Both the position numbers and the translations under genes were made by a program. The notes under the pieces are model-generated. The model did no database searches and was not told the origin of the DNA. It saw only the letters and a program-made list of their open reading frames with translations. From assembly GCA_964363475.1 (NCBI GenBank), contig CAYIII010000004.1, forward strand, positions 1 through 38,572: a stretch of 38,572 nt of DNA. The letters are read 5' to 3'. Shown one piece after another: positions 35,430 to 38,572 of the stretch. Position 1 is the first letter of the stretch; each line of letters starts with the position of its first letter. Source of the stretch: an uncultured Candidatus Saccharibacteria bacterium. GTDB taxonomy: Bacteria; Patescibacteriota; Minisyncoccia; UBA6257; UBA11618.

Positions 35430-37421
35430 TTAAGAAGTAATCTTAAAACGATTCTTTAAATCTTTCAAAACATCATCATTGCTCAAAGGCTGACTGGGGG
35501 GGTCGCTTCCATAAAAAGTTGTTTCGGTCATAACAATTCTACCATTCAAAGTTTTTATTCTAATATATCCAACGCCCTTATCAACAATCTTCAGTTTATT
35601 GGCTTCAAAACCGCTGGTCCACTTAATGGTGCCTACCTGCAAACATTTTCGTTGACCGGTAGCCATTGACCATTCGCCAACGCCTTCAGCCACGTGAAAA
35701 TTACCGCCAACAACGACAGCGGTGGAGTCCCTGGCAAAAGCCAGCATTTCCTGCGGACGAATTGAAGTGGTTTTAGTGCGAGACATGTGAGGATGGAAAA
35801 TTTCCATAGTCAATCCGGAATTAGGCAGTTTATAAGAAGATGTCTCAATAATTTTAGAACGCACTAATCCGGCAATACCGGACAATTGAACTCCGCAATC
35901 ATTAAGAATCTTGCTGACTCCCGCAATAACCGATTCCCTTAACTCGCATCCAAAAGTTTCCAAAGCGTGAAAACCGTAACTTACAGTCCATTGACAATGA
36001 TTGCCGGAAATATAAACAAAGGCGGGTAACGAATTATTAACCCATCCCCTTAATATTTCTTCACCGACTCGTTCTCGAGAGCCCTTTAACGGAAAGAAAT
36101 AGCCCTTAAAGACCCTTAATAAAACTTCCGCCACGAGAGACGCGGAAAATTTTTCTTGACGAGTATAATCCAATCCGCCATAAACTTCCTTCAAAATCAA
36201 ATCGTGCTTCAGCCCCTCAATAAAATCACCGGCGCCAACTAAAATTCTGGAACCGCGAGTCAACATTACCTTCGGCACTTCATTAACAAAGAAATCATAA
36301 TCGGTAGAAATACATCCGGCATGCAAACAAGCAAAGGCGACTAAAGAGTCCTCTTTTAATTCACCCTTATCTTGCTCGTAAACAAGATGCTCTCTAATCC
36401 AATTAGAATCAAAATCGTATTTGTGAGACCCTTCGTCCAAAACTAATCCGGGCCAATCCTTGGAGGCCTTAATAATTCTTAGTTTTTCCATATCGCTCTG
36501 CAATTCAGAGCGGGTCTTTAACTTCAACTCATGAGCTAAAAGACCGATAGTGGAACCGCCACGGCGCTTAAGGGCTTCAATGGCGGCCAACTGTCTTTTA
36601 GTAATATCTTTAGGAACACCAATAAATTGCCTTTCATTAGCAACCATATCATTAAAACTATAAGCGAGCTCCGTCGGCACATCGGAATTTTCAGAATATT
36701 CAACCACAGTCACGCCAATCTGATTTTCAGAACCAGTGCGAGTTTCATGAAGTTCGTGTAAAACCGGCAAAGCGCAATAAGCAACCTTGGACTCACCTTT
36801 CGGCTTTTGGATGTCTGAACCAAAACAACCAACAAGAGTCAAAGAAGCGGATAGTCTTTTGGTTTTTTTCAAATAATCTTTGATCGTGCGCTCAACAGGC
36901 GTACTGTAATAATCACCGCGCAACCAAGCGGCTTTACGGGGAGTTAAAACACAGACATCGCGGCCAATTTTCTTAGTTGAAAGAGTAGCCTCTCCTTCAC
37001 CCTCATGAACAATGTCCTGCCGACGCCGCGCAAGGCGATAGGCAATACGATTTCCCATCTCACCATCGTAAGCGGGACTGGTTACAATATAAATCTTGCA
37101 CCACTTTTTAGCGAGATCGGGACTTTTAATGTGAGGAATATGCGAAACAAGATAATTAACACAATCATTATAAAACTGTTTTTCGGCGTCAGCCCGCTCA
37201 TCAACTTTGAGTCCCTTCAGAAGCACTCTTAATTTTTCTTTTAAAGCCCTTTCATTAACTAATCCGCCGGCGAGTACAATAAAATCAACGCCATTTTCTG
37301 CAAAAATATTTGCGGCATATTGCAATAAGCCAGAACGAAACCCTTCACTGCCGTAATCAATTCTTGAAAAACAGCCAATTTTCACGCCCGCGCTTTTGGG
37401 AATTTTTTTTGCGGACATCAA
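35430..37421 (-). CDS. Tandem calcineurin-like metallophosphoesterase protein with central HTH-like segment
   Basis: C-domain ACLHAG, GAGDFIEG, ISGNH, FHPH, GNFH; N-domain degenerate equivalents (VLAGGLV); AAGGAG RBS. Confidence 0.65.
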   Translation of the reverse strand: MMSAKKIPKSAGVKIGCFSRIDYGSEGFRSGLLQYAANIFAENGVDFIVLAGGLVNERALKEKLRVLLKGLKVDERADAEKQFYNDCVNYLVSHIPHIKSPDLAKKWCKIYIVTSPAYDGEMGNRIAYRLARRRQDIVHEGEGEATLSTKKIGRDVCVLTPRKAAWLRGDYYSTPVERTIKDYLKKTKRLSASLTLVGCFGSDIQKPKGESKVAYCALPVLHELHETRTGSENQIGVTVVEYSENSDVPTELAYSFNDMVANERQFIGVPKDITKRQLAAIEALKRRGGSTIGLLAHELKLKTRSELQSDMEKLRIIKASKDWPGLVLDEGSHKYDFDSNWIREHLVYEQDKGELKEDSLVAFACLHAGCISTDYDFFVNEVPKVMLTRGSRILVGAGDFIEGLKHDLILKEVYGGLDYTRQEKFSASLVAEVLLRVFKGYFFPLKGSRERVGEEILRGWVNNSLPAFVYISGNHCQWTVSYGFHALETFGCELRESVIAGVSKILNDCGVQLSGIAGLVRSKIIETSSYKLPNSGLTMEIFHPHMSRTKTTSIRPQEMLAFARDSTAVVVGGNFHVAEGVGEWSMATGQRKCLQVGTIKWTSGFEANKLKIVDKGVGYIRIKTLNGRIVMTETTFYGSDPPSQPLSNDDVLKDLKNRFKITS

Positions 37422-37484
37422 AAAATCTCCTTGTAAAAAATTTTCTAAGTTCTAATTCAAAACTAAAGGTTATTTAAATAAAAA

Positions 37485-38276
37485 TCAATCGCTCAATTTG
37501 CTGGCAATATATTTTGGGGCTCCATACACAAAATCTGGCGAAGAAAAGCGAAAAAATCTGCCAATCGCGGTGAAACGCATTAGCGGCATTTGCGACTCCA
37601 CGGTCCGATGAAGCGCGTTCATAGACATTAGAACCACATCGCCAGCCCTCGCCTCAACGCAATACCTTTTAAATCCACCAATATATGAATCTGCGATACT
37701 GATGTACTCGGAGGCATTCTTTTTATTTCTATTGGTAACCACAACATCACGCACACGGTCGTGATGGCTCCCGATACAAAGCTCAAGCGTCCCTCTTTTT
37801 TCATCAACATGGTGAAGCGGGATCCATGCGGTGATTCCGTCAGACGCGCCTAGCGCCGCTTTTTCGGTTACCATAAAATCTTGGTGCCAACCAAGCGCAT
37901 TCGGATTATTGCCGGGAACATCAATACGAAGACATCGAAAATATTGAGACAAATCATGTTTGGACGTTTTCAAAAGCTCTGCAATTTTTTTCACTATTAT
38001 AGGGTGCTGAATAAGAGTGGTGAGTGAATATGAGGATTGCATCGTATCGTATATCGCCCCTGTAATATCAGGACGCCTTTTCTTCAAAGCACAAAATTTC
38101 TTTACAAACTTAGGGTCATTAAAAGATTCTTTTCCGGTCAATAAAAGCTTTGGGGCAAGTTTGGCGCATAACATAAAAAAAGTTTTTCGTATCATTTCAA
38201 TAGCGCTACGAGGCGCGATATTTTTAAGAATCACAAACCCCGCGCGTTGAAATGTTTCCGCATCACTATTATTCAT
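37485..38276 (-). CDS. Phytanoyl-CoA dioxygenase (PhyH) family Fe(II)/2OG oxygenase
   Basis: GFVILKN, WHQD, TAWIPL, GTLELCIGSH, AGDVV...LHR, R. Confidence 0.88.
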   Translation of the reverse strand: MNNSDAETFQRAGFVILKNIAPRSAIEMIRKTFFMLCAKLAPKLLLTGKESFNDPKFVKKFCALKKRRPDITGAIYDTMQSSYSLTTLIQHPIIVKKIAELLKTSKHDLSQYFRCLRIDVPGNNPNALGWHQDFMVTEKAALGASDGITAWIPLHHVDEKRGTLELCIGSHHDRVRDVVVTNRNKKNASEYISIADSYIGGFKRYCVEARAGDVVLMSMNALHRTVESQMPLMRFTAIGRFFRFSSPDFVYGAPKYIASKLSD

Positions 38277-38369
38277 AATAGGAAAAATGTAGCATAGAAA
38301 ATTATATTTTTAAAATAAAAAAAAGGGGGGGGATAGTACACAATTATAAATCTCGCCTTCGCGATCTAC

Positions 38370-38415
38370 TGGCGGGCTTTGCCCGCCGTAGCTCGCTTCT
38401 GCGAGCGAAGGCGGG
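38370..38415 (-). repeat. Mini palindromic insert duplicating the tRNA-Trp 3' end
   Basis: CCCGCC-TTC-GCTCGC-AGAA-GCGAGC-TAC-GGCGGG-CAAAG-CCCGCCA. Confidence 0.7.
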
Positions 38416-38482
38416 GGCGCAAGGATTCGAACCCTGATAGCTGGTTTTGGAGACCAGAGTCCTGCCATTGGACGACACCCCC
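38412..38482 (-). tRNA. tRNA-Trp(CCA)
   Basis: GGGGGTG/CGCCCCC, G73, CTGGT-CTCCAAA-ACCAG, GTTCGAATC. Confidence 0.95.
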
Positions 38483-38487
38483 CTGCG

Positions 38488-38559
38488 TGGACCCGACGAG
38501 ATTTGCACTCATTTCCCCGCTTGCTAAAGGCAGGATTTTACTAAATAAAATACGGGCCC
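38488..38559 (-). tRNA. Atypical tRNA-like gene with Ala identity and 9-nt anticodon loop
   Basis: GGGCCCG/CGGGTCC (G3:U70), A73, TTTT/AAAA D-stem, CCTGC-CTTTAGCAA-GCGGG, T-loop TGCAAAT. Confidence 0.6.
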
Positions 38560-38572
38560 AAGTCCACGCGCA

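Noticed and set aside
2266-38250. Numerous 60-150 aa ORFs antisense to or overlapping well-supported genes (e.g. 3429-3818, 5243-5602, 16654-17094, 25599-25808)
   Set aside because: Shadow frames with no recognisable motifs or initiation signals.
38315-38332. A-run plus G8 tract upstream of the PhyH gene as a phase-variation site
   Set aside because: The tract is short and I cannot place it within a defined promoter; read-level length variation would be needed.

Overview
AT-rich bacterial chromosome segment, most likely Patescibacteria/CPR. This is inferred from the compact type IV pilus + comF block, the AT-rich leaders of core genes and the many small palindromic inserts. Left half: ychF (partial), ftsQ-like, alr, serS, lysS, greA and a type IV pilus/competence cluster (pilM-N-O-P?-B-T-C, four pilins, prepilin peptidase, comF), interrupted by two CPBP protease genes. 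Right half: a divergent MoxR-DUF58-vWA-TPR (Bat-like) operon with HExxH proteins at both ends, between tRNA-Ser and tRNA-Ala; a GH130/PMM/PMI mannoside module; an NBD2-only Clp ATPase next to a tandem metallophosphoesterase; and a PhyH dioxygenase. The most unusual signals are non-coding and centred on tRNAs. (1) A complete tRNA-Arg(CCT) is nested at position 37/38 of another, diverged tRNA-Arg(CCT). (2) Two related ~180-bp structured elements at tRNA-Ser and tRNA-Ala each carry an antisense copy plus a CCA-bearing duplicate of their own host tRNA 3' end. (3) Miniature X-hairpin-antiX-CA(A)RG-X inserts occur at tRNA ends, with related 24-bp inserts in frame inside genes. (4) An Ala-identity tRNA-like gene has a 9-nt anticodon loop. 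All calls come from reading the sequence; no database searches were run.
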